Shown piece after piece: positions 42,665 to 53,150 of a stretch of 64,000 nt of DNA. Position 1 is the stretch's first letter; the number at the start of each line of letters is the position of its first letter. Made by a program: the position numbers and the translations under genes. The notes beneath the pieces were generated by a model, which saw only the letters and a list, made by a program, of their open reading frames with translations, had not been told where the DNA came from and did no database searches. Source of the DNA: Candidatus Latescibacterota bacterium (lineage in GTDB: Bacteria > Latescibacterota > UBA2968); the NCBI GenBank assembly GCA_965204375.1, contig OZ241986.1, positions 5,152,001 to 5,216,000 of the forward strand. Direction: 5' to 3'.

Positions 42665-45004
42665 ATGTCTTACGAGATGCCACCCGAAGAACTCGCCGCG
42701 ATTGTTGACGCGCCTTTGACACCTTCGTTTAGCATTGACCCGACGAGGACTGTGCTGCTGTTGATGCACCGTCCGGGCGCACCGTCTATTGAAGAGGTGT
42801 CGCGGTCTGAGTTGCGCCTGGCGGGTTTGCGCCTGAATCCGGATGTGAACGGGCAAAGTCGCGTGGGGTTTTACAATGGGCTGACGCTCAAATGGATTGC
42901 CGATGGTCGCGAATTACCTGTGACGGGGTTGCCGAAGGATGCAAAAATTGGACGGGCTTATTGGGCGCCCGATGGGCGGTGGTTTGCTTTTTCGGTGACG
43001 GGTGATGATGGGATTGATCTGTGGGTCGGCAATGCGGAGACGGGCAGGGCGCGTTCGGTTGGCGATGTGAAGTTGAATCAGGTGTTTGGCGGAGCTATGG
43101 TCTGGTTGCCAGACAGTTCGGGGCTGTTGGTGCGCGCGGTGTGTGATGGTCGGGGCGATCCGCCTGAGATGCCCCGCGTGCCCAAAGGCCCGGTGATTCA
43201 GGAAAATGTGGGGGAGCGGGCAGCGCCATCGCGCACGTATCAGGATTTGTTGAAGAATGCATACGATGAGTTGTTATTTGAATATTATGCCACTTCGCAG
43301 GTTGCACTTGTGCGCCTGAATGGGGATGTGAGACCCTTAGGGTCTCCCGGGCTGATCTGTCGCGCTGATCCGTCGCCAGATGGCCGCTATGTGCTGGTGT
43401 TGACTTATCACCGACCGTTTTCGTATCTGGTGCCTTCGTATCGTTTTCCGACACAGGTGGCGATCTGGGATCTGGACGGGCGCGAGGTGCGCGAACTCGT
43501 CGATTTGCCATTGGCCGAGTCTATTCCGATTGCGTATGATGCCGTGACCGAAGGTGCGCGTTCGGTTGGGTGGCGGGCAGACGTGCCTGCGACTGTAACG
43601 TGGGTTGAGGCACAGGATGGCGGCGATCCCGAGGTGGATGTGGCGGTGCGCGATATCGTATATGCGCTCGACGCACCTTTTGAAGATGATGGGCGCGCGC
43701 TTATGTCGCTGGCGATGCGCTATGGTGGGTGTTCGTGGGGGATGGGTGATCTCGCGTTGGTTTCAGAACGCTGGTGGAAAACGCGGCGCGTGCGTACCTG
43801 GCGCATTCGCCCGGATGATCCAGGTTCTGAACCGCAGGTGTTGTTTGATCGGTCGTGGGAAGATCGCTATGGCGATCCCGGCGCGCCCATGTTTACGCGG
43901 TTGCCCAATGGTCGGTCTGTTTTGCTGACGGATGCGTCGCAACGCCATCTGTTTTTTGCAGGTGATGGTGCGTCGCCCAAAGGCGATCGCCCATTTTTGG
44001 ATCGCTATGATCTGGAGACGGGTAAGGCGGAACGTCTCATGCATTCCCAGGCGCCGTTTTACGAGCGGCCCACGATGATGATCAATGCCAATACGGTGTT
44101 GATGAGCCGGGAGAGTGTCGATGAGCCGACCAATTATTATGTGCGGGATTTGGAGCGCAACAATATGCGGCAACTCACGCATTTTGTTCATCCGATGCCG
44201 GAGTTGAAAGCGGTGGAGAAGTCGCTGATTCAGTATCAGCGCGAAGATGGGGTGCAGTTGAATGGGACGTTGTATTTGCCGCCTGGATATAAGAGAGACG
44301 ATGGTCCTTTGCCCGTGCTGATGTGGGCTTATCCCCGCGAATTTAAGAGTGCAGATGCCGCGGGTCAGGTGAAGGATTCTCCTTTTCGCTTTGTGCGTAT
44401 CAGTTCGCACGGCGCAATGCCTTTTTTGGCGCGGGGTTATGCTGTGCTGGATGGTCCGGCGATGCCGATTGTGGGCGAGGGAGACCGCGAGGCAAATGAT
44501 ACTTATGTCGAGCAGCTTGCCGATAGTGCAAGGGCCGCGGTTGATGAGCTGGTGCGTCTGGGCGTGGCGGATCCCAAGAAAGTGGCGGTGGGGGGACACT
44601 CCTACGGCGGGTTTATGACGGCGAATTTGCTGGCCCATACCGATTTGTTTTGCTGTGGTATTGCGCGCAGTGGCGCGTATAACCGCACGTTGACGCCTTT
44701 TGGTTTTCAGGCAGAAGAGCGCACGTTCTGGCAGGCAGCAGATGTTTATGGCGCGATGTCTCCTTTTTATCATGTGCCCAAAATTAGTGCGCCTTTGCTG
44801 CTCATTCACGGTGAGGTAGATAATAATTCGGGTACGTTTCCCATGCAGAGCGAGCGATTTTACAATGCGCTCAAGGGGCACGGCGCCATCTGTCGATTGG
44901 TGATGTTGCCGCACGAGAGCCACGGCTATCGGGCGCGTGAGTCGGTTATGCACGTTCTGTGGGAGATGTCAGAGTGGTTGGATAAGTACGCGAAAAGGGA
45001 ATAA
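42665..45004 (+). CDS. S9 prolyl-oligopeptidase-family (glutamyl endopeptidase-like) peptidase
   Basis: GGHSYGG, ARSGAYNRTLTPFGFQ, D..NSGT, ESHGY. Confidence 0.92.
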   Translation: MSYEMPPEELAAIVDAPLTPSFSIDPTRTVLLLMHRPGAPSIEEVSRSELRLAGLRLNPDVNGQSRVGFYNGLTLKWIADGRELPVTGLPKDAKIGRAYWAPDGRWFAFSVTGDDGIDLWVGNAETGRARSVGDVKLNQVFGGAMVWLPDSSGLLVRAVCDGRGDPPEMPRVPKGPVIQENVGERAAPSRTYQDLLKNAYDELLFEYYATSQVALVRLNGDVRPLGSPGLICRADPSPDGRYVLVLTYHRPFSYLVPSYRFPTQVAIWDLDGREVRELVDLPLAESIPIAYDAVTEGARSVGWRADVPATVTWVEAQDGGDPEVDVAVRDIVYALDAPFEDDGRALMSLAMRYGGCSWGMGDLALVSERWWKTRRVRTWRIRPDDPGSEPQVLFDRSWEDRYGDPGAPMFTRLPNGRSVLLTDASQRHLFFAGDGASPKGDRPFLDRYDLETGKAERLMHSQAPFYERPTMMINANTVLMSRESVDEPTNYYVRDLERNNMRQLTHFVHPMPELKAVEKSLIQYQREDGVQLNGTLYLPPGYKRDDGPLPVLMWAYPREFKSADAAGQVKDSPFRFVRISSHGAMPFLARGYAVLDGPAMPIVGEGDREANDTYVEQLADSARAAVDELVRLGVADPKKVAVGGHSYGGFMTANLLAHTDLFCCGIARSGAYNRTLTPFGFQAEERTFWQAADVYGAMSPFYHVPKISAPLLLIHGEVDNNSGTFPMQSERFYNALKGHGAICRLVMLPHESHGYRARESVMHVLWEMSEWLDKYAKRE

Positions 45005-45017
45005 AAATTCAAAAAAG

Positions 45018-45058
45018 AGAATTTTTATTCTTGACTCGAACGAGTTTTCACGTATTTT
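45018..45058 (+). promoter_or_regulatory. ARG-box-like palindrome abutting a TTGACT -35 element upstream of argR
   Basis: AGAATTTTTATTCT resembles TGAATAWWWATTCA; TTGACT at 45031. Confidence 0.5.
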
Positions 45059-45068
45059 CATAAGTCCT

Positions 45069-45557
45069 ATGAGCGCGAAACAAGAACGCCAGCAAAAAAT
45101 TTTAGAGCTGATTGCACATCAGCCCATTGCTCGGCAAGAGGAACTCAGCACCGCGTTGATGGATGTTGGGATTTCGACTACGCAATCGACTCTGTCAAAA
45201 GATATTAAGGAGTTAGGCGTGGTTAAAGTGCCCGATGGCGAAGGTGGGTTTCGCTATCAGGTTCCCGGTGCGTTTATCGGGACAGATCGACTGGTTTTAC
45301 AGGGCGAAAATTTGCTTCGGCGCGAGTTGCAGGATTTTGTCGTCGGTGTGGATGGGGTTGACCTTATGCTGGTTGTAAAGACGATAACGGGTCACGCACA
45401 GGGGGTTTGTGAGTCCATTGATCAGATGTCATGGCCCGAGGTTGTGGGTACTCTTGCTGGTGAGAATACGATTTTTATTTTGTGTCGGTCTCCCGAAGCG
45501 CGGATGAATCTCGAGCGCGATATTCAGGGACAGATTGGGGATACAGGAAGGACCTGA
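45069..45557 (+). CDS. argR: Arginine repressor
   Basis: RQQKILELI, QEEL, TQSTLSKDIKEL, GTLAGENT. Confidence 0.93.
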   Translation: MSAKQERQQKILELIAHQPIARQEELSTALMDVGISTTQSTLSKDIKELGVVKVPDGEGGFRYQVPGAFIGTDRLVLQGENLLRRELQDFVVGVDGVDLMLVVKTITGHAQGVCESIDQMSWPEVVGTLAGENTIFILCRSPEARMNLERDIQGQIGDTGRT

Positions 45558-45559
45558 CG

Positions 45560-46492
45560 GTGATTAAAATAGGCATTTACGGCGATACGGGGATGGTGGG
45601 GCAGGAGATCCAAAAGGTGTTGAAACACCACGATCGGGCAAGTATCGCGTTTCGACAAAATTCAAGGCGTCGGGATGGCAATTTGGCCGATTGCGATGTG
45701 GTGTTTTTGGCGACGAAGGATCCCGAGTCGATGAAGTTTGCGCCCGAGGCTCTGGCCGCAGGTGCGAAAGTGATCGATATGAGCGGTGCTTTTCGGTTGC
45801 CGAGAGAGGCGTTTGAAAGGGGTTATGGTCTGGTGCATACGGCGCCTGAGTTGCTCAAAGAAGCGGTTTATGGCCTACCCGCTTTGTTTGCCAAAGAGAT
45901 TGCTATGGCGCGTCTGGTGGGCAATCCGGGGTGTTATCCTACGAGTGTTATTTTGGCTTTGTATCCTCTCAAATCTCTCGTGCAGGGGGAAGCGACGATT
46001 GTGGCGACTTCGGGTAATTCGGGTGCGCGAGCCGAGGTGGAGGATGTGTCAAATGAGGTTGCGTATAGCTATGGCAAGCGACACAAACACGTGCCTGAAA
46101 TGGTTTTGTATTCGGGCTTTGAAGTGAATTTTACGCCTATTGTATTGCGGTCAGTATTTGCGGGTATTAATGCAAATATTCGAGTTGAACTGACTGATGA
46201 GTTGAAGGCGCTGGCAAATGAAGATGCCGCTACGCAGTTGCGCGAGGCGATTGCAAGTGCTTATGGCGCTGACGATCTGGTGCAGGTGGTTGAAGATTCC
46301 GACGCGCATTGGTGGGGTACGCGCGATGTGGTAGATACGCATAAACTGATTATCAAGTTGGGCGTTGATGATGGCTTTGCTTATATCAATGTCCTGGAAG
46401 ACAATTTGCAAAAAGGCGCGGCTACCCAGGCTGTGGAAAATATGAATTTGATGCAGGCTCTGCCGCGTCTTTATGGGATTACTACAGTGTGA
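45560..46492 (+). CDS. argC: N-acetyl-gamma-glutamyl-phosphate reductase
   Basis: VIDMSGAFRL, NPGCYPT, HKHVPEM, DNLQKGAA; GTG start. Confidence 0.9.
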   Translation: MIKIGIYGDTGMVGQEIQKVLKHHDRASIAFRQNSRRRDGNLADCDVVFLATKDPESMKFAPEALAAGAKVIDMSGAFRLPREAFERGYGLVHTAPELLKEAVYGLPALFAKEIAMARLVGNPGCYPTSVILALYPLKSLVQGEATIVATSGNSGARAEVEDVSNEVAYSYGKRHKHVPEMVLYSGFEVNFTPIVLRSVFAGINANIRVELTDELKALANEDAATQLREAIASAYGADDLVQVVEDSDAHWWGTRDVVDTHKLIIKLGVDDGFAYINVLEDNLQKGAATQAVENMNLMQALPRLYGITTV

Positions 46493-47394
46493 TGGAGAAG
46501 ACCTTGGATTACAAGATCATTGAAAAGGCTGCGATTTTAATTGAGGCATTTCCGTATATTCGCGAATTTCGCGACAAAATGATTGTGGTGAAATACGGCG
46601 GTAGCACACAGCCCGAAGAGGGTGGTTCCCCTACTATAATGGCCGATCTGGTGTTTATGGAGACCGTGGGTATGCGTCCCGTGGTTGTACACGGAGGCGG
46701 TAAGGATATTAGCAGGCGTCTGGAGGAGTCGGGTATTGAATCGCAATGGGTCAATGGCTTGCGGGTGACGGATAAGGCGTCGATGCAGGTGGTGGAAGAT
46801 ACGTTGTTTGGCGAGGTGAACCGGCGCATTGTCGATGGTCTGGAGATACTCGATGGACGCGCGCGCAGTATGTCGGCAAAAGACGCTGGCGTGATGTATG
46901 TGACAAAGCATTTTGCGACGGTAGAGGAGGAAGATGGGGAGACCAAGAGGGTCGATATCGGCTATGTTGGCGATGTCGCCCGAATTGATCCCGAACCCAT
47001 CCGTCTGGCTTGTGAAGAGGGCATGATTCCCGTTATTTCGCCTATTGGATTGGGACCAGAGGGCGAGAGTTATAATGTGAATGCCGATACCGCGGCTGGG
47101 GAGATTGCGCGGGCACTGCAAGCGGAGAAGCTGGTGTTTTTGACGGATGTGAATGGTATCCGACGGTTTCCAGATGATCCAGATTCGCAGATTTCAACAT
47201 TGCATGTCAATGATGTGGAGACCCTGATTGAGAGAGGTATTGCCAGCGGGGGGATGATTCCCAAGTTGCGCGCCTGTGAACGTTCTGTGAAGGGCGGTGT
47301 TCACAAGACGCATATTATTGATGGCAGTGTTCCGCACGCGCTTTTGCTGGAGATTTTTACCCGCGAGGGTATTGGTACGCAGATAGTTCAGTAG
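46489..47394 (+). CDS. argB: Acetylglutamate kinase
   Basis: VVKYGG, VHGGG, GLRVTD, NVNAD, GGMIPK. Confidence 0.95.
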   Translation: MMEKTLDYKIIEKAAILIEAFPYIREFRDKMIVVKYGGSTQPEEGGSPTIMADLVFMETVGMRPVVVHGGGKDISRRLEESGIESQWVNGLRVTDKASMQVVEDTLFGEVNRRIVDGLEILDGRARSMSAKDAGVMYVTKHFATVEEEDGETKRVDIGYVGDVARIDPEPIRLACEEGMIPVISPIGLGPEGESYNVNADTAAGEIARALQAEKLVFLTDVNGIRRFPDDPDSQISTLHVNDVETLIERGIASGGMIPKLRACERSVKGGVHKTHIIDGSVPHALLLEIFTREGIGTQIVQ

Positions 47395-47416
47395 CCTTAA
47401 ACCATAAGGATTTAGC

Positions 47417-48616
47417 ATGACGACTCGAGAAATTATTGACTTAGAACAGAAGTACATTTTGCAGACCTATGGACGGCCCGAGTTTGTGCTGGAAAAGGGC
47501 GATGGGGTCCATATTGTGGATACGGATGGGAAGCATTATCTCGATTTTGTAAGTGGCCTGTCTGTCAATGCCCTGGGATATAATAATTCGGTGATTCAAG
47601 AGGCTGCCAACGCGCAGTTGGACAAGTTGATCCATGTTTCAAATTTGTACCACACGATTCCGGCGCCTCAGCTGGCGCAGTTGCTGTGCGAGCATTCGTT
47701 TGCCGATCGCGTGTTTTTTTGCAATAGCGGAACAGAGTCTATTGAGGCTGCGCTGAAGTTTGCGCGCAAGTGGGGGTATAAGAATTTTGAAGATGCGCCG
47801 AAGAATAAAATTATTGCGATGAATAATTCTTTTCACGGGCGAACGTATGGGGGGATTTCTGCAACGGGTCAACCCAGATATCATCAGGGTTTTGGGCCAA
47901 TGCTGCCGGGCATTGAGTTTGCCGATTTGAACGATTTAGAGTCGGTGGAGAAGATAGCAGATGGCCAGACGGTGGCTGTGTTGTTGGAGCCGCTACAGGC
48001 AGAAGGGGGTATTCATTCGGCAGATCCGGCATTTTTGGAGGGCGTGCGCGCCCTGTGCGATGAGATGAAGATGTTGTTGATTTTCGATGAGATTCAGTGC
48101 GGTTTGGGGCGGGCTGGTTCGCTGTTTTGCTATGAGCAGTACGGCGTGACGCCAGATATTATGACGCTTGCCAAGCCCCTGGCTGGCGGGTTGCCGATTG
48201 GGGCGACGCTTGTGACGCAGGATGTGGCCGATGCAGTGGAGCCGGGGGATCACGCCGCGACATTTGGCGCGCATCCCGTGTCGTGTGCAGTGGCGATTGA
48301 GGTGTTTAGAACGCTGTCTGATCCCGCATTTATTGCGGGTATAGAAGAGAAGAGTGCGTATTTGTTTGGGAAGCTGAGTGCACTGAAAGACAAACACGCC
48401 GAGAAGGTGACGGAAATTCGCGGCAGCGGGTTGATCGCGGGCGCGGTGTTGAAGGAGATACCAGCGGCGGATGCGATGAATGCGATTCGAGAGAATAACG
48501 ATATTCTATTATGTGTCGCAGGGCCAGATGTGGTTCGCTTTTTGCCGCCGCTGGTGATTGAAAAGGAACATATTGACGAGGCGGTGAATGCGCTGGATGA
48601 GTTTTTGACGGATTAA
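47417..48616 (+). CDS. argD: Acetylornithine aminotransferase
   Basis: FCNSGTES, SFHGRT, DEIQCG, LAKPLAGG; inside the arg operon. Confidence 0.93.
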   Translation: MTTREIIDLEQKYILQTYGRPEFVLEKGDGVHIVDTDGKHYLDFVSGLSVNALGYNNSVIQEAANAQLDKLIHVSNLYHTIPAPQLAQLLCEHSFADRVFFCNSGTESIEAALKFARKWGYKNFEDAPKNKIIAMNNSFHGRTYGGISATGQPRYHQGFGPMLPGIEFADLNDLESVEKIADGQTVAVLLEPLQAEGGIHSADPAFLEGVRALCDEMKMLLIFDEIQCGLGRAGSLFCYEQYGVTPDIMTLAKPLAGGLPIGATLVTQDVADAVEPGDHAATFGAHPVSCAVAIEVFRTLSDPAFIAGIEEKSAYLFGKLSALKDKHAEKVTEIRGSGLIAGAVLKEIPAADAMNAIRENNDILLCVAGPDVVRFLPPLVIEKEHIDEAVNALDEFLTD

Positions 48617-49863
48617 CATTGAACGGTTTTTTCGATCACTTCCCCATCGCCGAGATGGATAACGGCTTTCCATTCCCGGTCATCGTTCCGAACATCTATG
48701 CCACCTTGCCGCCAGTTGGTCTGAAAGTGCAGGGAAAAGGGTTCGTCATACGCGGTATCGTACAATTTGCCATTTCGATAAAAATCGACATAGCTGATTG
48801 TTTCGGGGTATAAGCTGGCGAGTCGAAGCCAGCGCTGGCCCCGGTATTCCCAATCGGATTCCAGGCCCTGGAGGTAGTACTGGTCGTCAATCGCATCTGT
48901 GGCGATTCCTATGCCTTCTGCCATCCGGTGTGCAAAGAAGGTGTCTTCTCCGGTGGTGATTCCCCAATCAGTGGGTGGCTCTTGTTTGGTCATGTTGTTG
49001 TAATATCCCCACGAGGTTTGCGTTTTATAGGCGACCTGGAGTTGTCCTATGGCCTGGGAATCTTCGTTGCAAACGATGGGGCGGTTCAGGTTCCAGTTTC
49101 GCACTTCCTGGATCATGTTGTGATATCGCTGCCGCGTGCAGCCGTTTCCGTGTATGAGGATGACGTCGCTGGCTTCGGCGACTTCCCGGTTGCGATATCC
49201 ACCCCCGCCACTGCACCCACAGGGTAGGCCACCCGATTCTTTTCTCGCGAGATCCAATAGTGTTATCATTCCTTCGGGTTCTTGAATGATGGGGTGATTT
49301 GCAAATGCTCCAATATTCATCTCGTTTGCGATTTCGATGATGACGTTGGGATATTCTTTTACAAAACGCGAGGCGGTTATTACGGCGTTGCGGATGGATT
49401 TTGCATCTTCTATCCAGCGGGTTTGCGAGCCATAAAAGAAGCTGACGATGACGATCATTCCAACTGCATCTGCTCCCCGGATCAGTTTGTCCATCCGCTC
49501 GGCGTAGTCGGCGTCGAGGTTCAGGCCGTCTTCGCCAAAGGGATTGTTCTGGATGGTGTGATTTGGGGTTGTGAAACACGGACCTCCGCCCTGGAATCCG
49601 GTTGTGAATGCGCGCAGTCCATAGCGATACCATTCGGGCAGTGCGGCTATGAGACGCTCGGTGTTGGCCATGGGCTCCCATTCGCTGTGGCCCCACCGCG
49701 CAAAGCGTTCGGGTTCCATCGCGTCGTCAAAAATGCCCTGGATAAATCGGGCATTCATGAGCAGTCCATGGGCGTCGGGTCTCGTTCCATCGATTTCTGA
49801 ATACGTCACCTTCTCGTTTATTAGAAATTTTTCGCCTTCTATGGTCAGGTGTGTTTTTGCCAT
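48613..49863 (-). CDS. Hypothetical protein, possible GH-A clan TIM-barrel hydrolase
   Basis: IIEIANE and IVCNED motifs resemble the two catalytic Glu sites; lies next to a sulfatase. Confidence 0.55.
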   Translation of the reverse strand: MAKTHLTIEGEKFLINEKVTYSEIDGTRPDAHGLLMNARFIQGIFDDAMEPERFARWGHSEWEPMANTERLIAALPEWYRYGLRAFTTGFQGGGPCFTTPNHTIQNNPFGEDGLNLDADYAERMDKLIRGADAVGMIVIVSFFYGSQTRWIEDAKSIRNAVITASRFVKEYPNVIIEIANEMNIGAFANHPIIQEPEGMITLLDLARKESGGLPCGCSGGGGYRNREVAEASDVILIHGNGCTRQRYHNMIQEVRNWNLNRPIVCNEDSQAIGQLQVAYKTQTSWGYYNNMTKQEPPTDWGITTGEDTFFAHRMAEGIGIATDAIDDQYYLQGLESDWEYRGQRWLRLASLYPETISYVDFYRNGKLYDTAYDEPFSLHFQTNWRQGGIDVRNDDREWKAVIHLGDGEVIEKTVQC

Positions 49864-49872
49864 GTTTTCTCC

Positions 49873-51303
49873 TTAACGGTCATAGAGGTATTCGGTGTAG
49901 TCCCATTCGTAATCCCGAGAACTGCCCATTATGCTTTCCGCGTAGTATTTTTTCTGGATTTCGTCGTGTTTTTGGGTGAGTCGATGCAGGTTTTCGGGGT
50001 GTCTCAAGGCGTCGTTGGTTTCTTTTTGCCAGGTTTCAAGGCGATTTTTTAATGCCTGCAATACGTCGTGATATGCCGGATTATGAGATAGGTTATCAAA
50101 TTCCCATGGGTCGTTTTGCAGGTCGTAAAGTTCGTATTCGGGTGGTTGTTCATAGCGTTCGTAAGCTGCCCGAATGCGCTTATCTGCGCTGGCAATTTCT
50201 TCTTGTGTCGCGCCGGATGTCCACTTTTGGTTCCTGTCCGAATATCCCAGTGCGCTCGGGCTTGGGCGGTCCTGGAGGAGATTGGCGATGAGTTTGTATC
50301 GACCATCTCGCACGCAGCGCTGTGGGAAATACGTGACGACGCCACCACTTCCCCATTCGGCGTATAGATGGGTTCGCCAGTCAATTTTTTGTCCTTTTAA
50401 TAGGGGGGCAAAGGATGCGCCTGCCACACCTGTGGGACACGCTATTCCCAGGATATCTGTCACGGTTGGCAAAATGTCGATTTGCGATACCAGTTCATCG
50501 CGTGTGTGGCCTTTAAGGCCAATACCGGGGCATCGCACGATTAGCGGTATGCGCAATCCGCCCTCGTAGATCGATGTTTTTCCCCGGGAAAACTGGGCGC
50601 CGTGATCGGTTGTAAAGATCACGAGTGTATTTTCGGTTTTTCCCAGTGCTCTCAGTTGTTCTAAGACCAGTCCTATGCCGGTGTCCAATCTGGACATGCA
50701 GTTGTAGTAGTCTGCGGTTTCCTCCCTGAGACGGGGAGTGTCAATGCCGACAAATGGGAGTGTCTCGACGTCTTTGCCCTCCTGTGGTTGTTCTGGTACG
50801 CCGAATTGTTGGCGGTGGAATGGCAGGTGCGCGTCGGGAAAGCTGATTTGTAAAAAGAACGGTTCGTCGGATGGTTTCATAAATTCGCCCGCTACTTCGG
50901 CCATTTTGCGTACGTCGCGGTTGGCAAAGCTGATAAATTCTTTCGGATTCCACCGCAGGTCGTAGGGAAAGACGTCTTCGGGATTGATGTGCAATTTGCC
51001 GATTAGTCCGGTTCTGTATCCTTCGTTTTTTAACAGGCGAGGCATGTTGGGAAATGCATCGTACAATGCGTATTTGTGGGTTGCCAATCCGAACTGACCA
51101 TTCTGGTGTGGATATAATCCGGTCAGGATACTCGCCCGGCCGGGGCTGCATACGGCCTGCGTCGCATACATGTTTTCAAATCGCACGCCTTCAGAGGCGA
51201 GTTTGTCTATGTGCGGCGTTTGTGCATAAGGGTCGCCATAACAACCGATATGTTGTCCGTTGTCTTCTGAGATTATGAGCAGGATGTTGTACCTGGATGA
51301 CAT
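49873..51303 (-). CDS. Sulfatase (sulfamidase-like)
   Basis: CSPGRASILTG, GKLH, TDHG, GKTSIYEGGLRIP; AGGAG RBS before 51303. Confidence 0.9.
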   Translation of the reverse strand: MSSRYNILLIISEDNGQHIGCYGDPYAQTPHIDKLASEGVRFENMYATQAVCSPGRASILTGLYPHQNGQFGLATHKYALYDAFPNMPRLLKNEGYRTGLIGKLHINPEDVFPYDLRWNPKEFISFANRDVRKMAEVAGEFMKPSDEPFFLQISFPDAHLPFHRQQFGVPEQPQEGKDVETLPFVGIDTPRLREETADYYNCMSRLDTGIGLVLEQLRALGKTENTLVIFTTDHGAQFSRGKTSIYEGGLRIPLIVRCPGIGLKGHTRDELVSQIDILPTVTDILGIACPTGVAGASFAPLLKGQKIDWRTHLYAEWGSGGVVTYFPQRCVRDGRYKLIANLLQDRPSPSALGYSDRNQKWTSGATQEEIASADKRIRAAYERYEQPPEYELYDLQNDPWEFDNLSHNPAYHDVLQALKNRLETWQKETNDALRHPENLHRLTQKHDEIQKKYYAESIMGSSRDYEWDYTEYLYDR

Positions 51304-51432
51304 TTTGAACTCCTTCCTGTTTGACATGGCTATTGTGATATTCTATCTTTGAAAACAAGCGGTTAGCTGATGGCTGATTTCCAGCGATCAACTCAACCAG
51401 TCCCCAGCCCCTTTTTTTGAGGAATAACCGAT

Positions 51433-53148
51433 ATGATCAAGGGTCTTGCCCCACAATTCGCCTTTTTATTGGGAAAGCGCACAACTCGGCGAAATCTCGG
51501 AACACTGTTCAAATTATTGCTGGCCGTTTCTGTGATTGTTACAATTTTTAGCGTTCTTTTTCATCTGATTATGCTCAGTGAGGGCCAGGAGTTTAGCTGG
51601 TTTACGGGTTTTTATTGGACGCTTACGGTTATGTCAACATTGGGATTTGGCGATATTACCTTTCATGGAGATCTGGGGCGTTTATTCTCTATGGTCGTTT
51701 TGCTGACCGGTATGGTTTTTTTGCTTATTGTTTTGCCGTTTACTTTTATTCAGTTTTTTTATGCGCCGTGGATTCAAGCCCAATCCGAAGCCCGCGCGCC
51801 GCATCAGTTGCCCCGCAGTACGCGAGATCATGTTCTTTTGACCAATTATGACCCCATTGCACACGCGCTTATCAACAAGCTGGATCGCTACCAACATTCC
51901 TACTATCTCATCACGCCAGATTTGGCGCATGCACAACAACTTTACGATCAGGGTATCAATGTTGTGGTCGGGGATTTGGACAATCCGGAAACGTACAAAA
52001 AAATGCAGATTGAACAAGCGGCTCTTGTTGCGGCAACAGATACCGATCCGATTAATACCCATATTGCATTTACTGTGCGCGATCTCAATCCCACTGTGCC
52101 GATTATCGCCAAGGTGGATGATCCCGATTCCGTGGATATTCTCGAATTAGCGGGATGCGACCATGTGCTTCAACTCGAAAAAATGCTGGGCGCATCTCTT
52201 GCGCGACGCACCCAGAGCGGGGAGACCGCAGCGCATGTGATTGGTCAGTACGACGATTTGTTCATTGCCGAGACTACGGCGGCCCATACGCCCCTTGTGG
52301 GCAAAACGCTCGAGGAGATTGGTCTGCGTAGAGAACTGGGCTTGACGGCGGTCGGTGTTTGGGAGCGCGGTATTTTTCAGCCGGCGTTGCCCGATACCCG
52401 TATTGGTCCCCATACTGTGCTGGTTATGACGGGGACACAGAGTCAATTGGACAGGTTTAACGAGTTGTTCTGTATTTACAAAGTTTCAAATGCTCCCGTT
52501 GTCATCATCGGTGGTGGTGGTGTTGGCATGGAGGCTGCGCGCACGCTTGTGGAACAGGGCATCGACTATCGGATTGTGGAAAAAGATGTGATCCAGGCTC
52601 GGAGACTCGATAATTGCATTGTGGGAAATGCCGCGGATTTTGAGGTTTTGAAAAGAGCCGAGATTATGAATGCGTTGACGGTTATTATTACGACGCACGA
52701 TGATGATATCAATGTTTATCTCACGGTTTATTGCCGACGATTGAATCCGGAAATTCAGATTATCAGCCGCGTTACGCAAGAGAGAAATATCGCAACACTG
52801 CACCGCGCGGGCGCGGATTTTGTTATGTCTTATGCGTCGATGGGCGCAGATGCAATTTTCAATTTCTTAAAACGCAGTGATACCCTGATGGTGGCAGAGA
52901 GCCTCAGCGTGTTTAGCGAGGATATCAGCGTGTTTAGAATGAAAATGCCCTCTTCTCTTGTTGGAAAGACGATTGCAAATTCAGCTATTCGCAGGAATAC
53001 GGGATGTACGGTTATCGCACTTAACGATAACCACGAAATGCAGCTCAACCCCGATCCGAATAAACCGCTACCAAAAGCAGCGGAGATTCTCCTTATTGGC
53101 AGTTCGGAAGGGGAAAAGCGATTTTTGGATCGGTATGTCCATACCTGA
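51433..53148 (+). CDS. Potassium channel protein with TrkA-N/TrkA-C (RCK) domains
   Basis: TVMSTLGFGDI pore motif; two RCK modules (GGGGVG). Confidence 0.9.
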   Translation: MIKGLAPQFAFLLGKRTTRRNLGTLFKLLLAVSVIVTIFSVLFHLIMLSEGQEFSWFTGFYWTLTVMSTLGFGDITFHGDLGRLFSMVVLLTGMVFLLIVLPFTFIQFFYAPWIQAQSEARAPHQLPRSTRDHVLLTNYDPIAHALINKLDRYQHSYYLITPDLAHAQQLYDQGINVVVGDLDNPETYKKMQIEQAALVAATDTDPINTHIAFTVRDLNPTVPIIAKVDDPDSVDILELAGCDHVLQLEKMLGASLARRTQSGETAAHVIGQYDDLFIAETTAAHTPLVGKTLEEIGLRRELGLTAVGVWERGIFQPALPDTRIGPHTVLVMTGTQSQLDRFNELFCIYKVSNAPVVIIGGGGVGMEAARTLVEQGIDYRIVEKDVIQARRLDNCIVGNAADFEVLKRAEIMNALTVIITTHDDDINVYLTVYCRRLNPEIQIISRVTQERNIATLHRAGADFVMSYASMGADAIFNFLKRSDTLMVAESLSVFSEDISVFRMKMPSSLVGKTIANSAIRRNTGCTVIALNDNHEMQLNPDPNKPLPKAAEILLIGSSEGEKRFLDRYVHT

Positions 53149-53150
53149 GC

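Noticed and set aside
43763-44953. Long antisense ORFs (also 10511-11560 and 13947-14993)
   Set aside because: They are shadows of well-supported genes on the opposite strand.
45069-48616. arg operon lacking argJ/argA
   Set aside because: Split arg operons are common; the gene is probably elsewhere in the genome.
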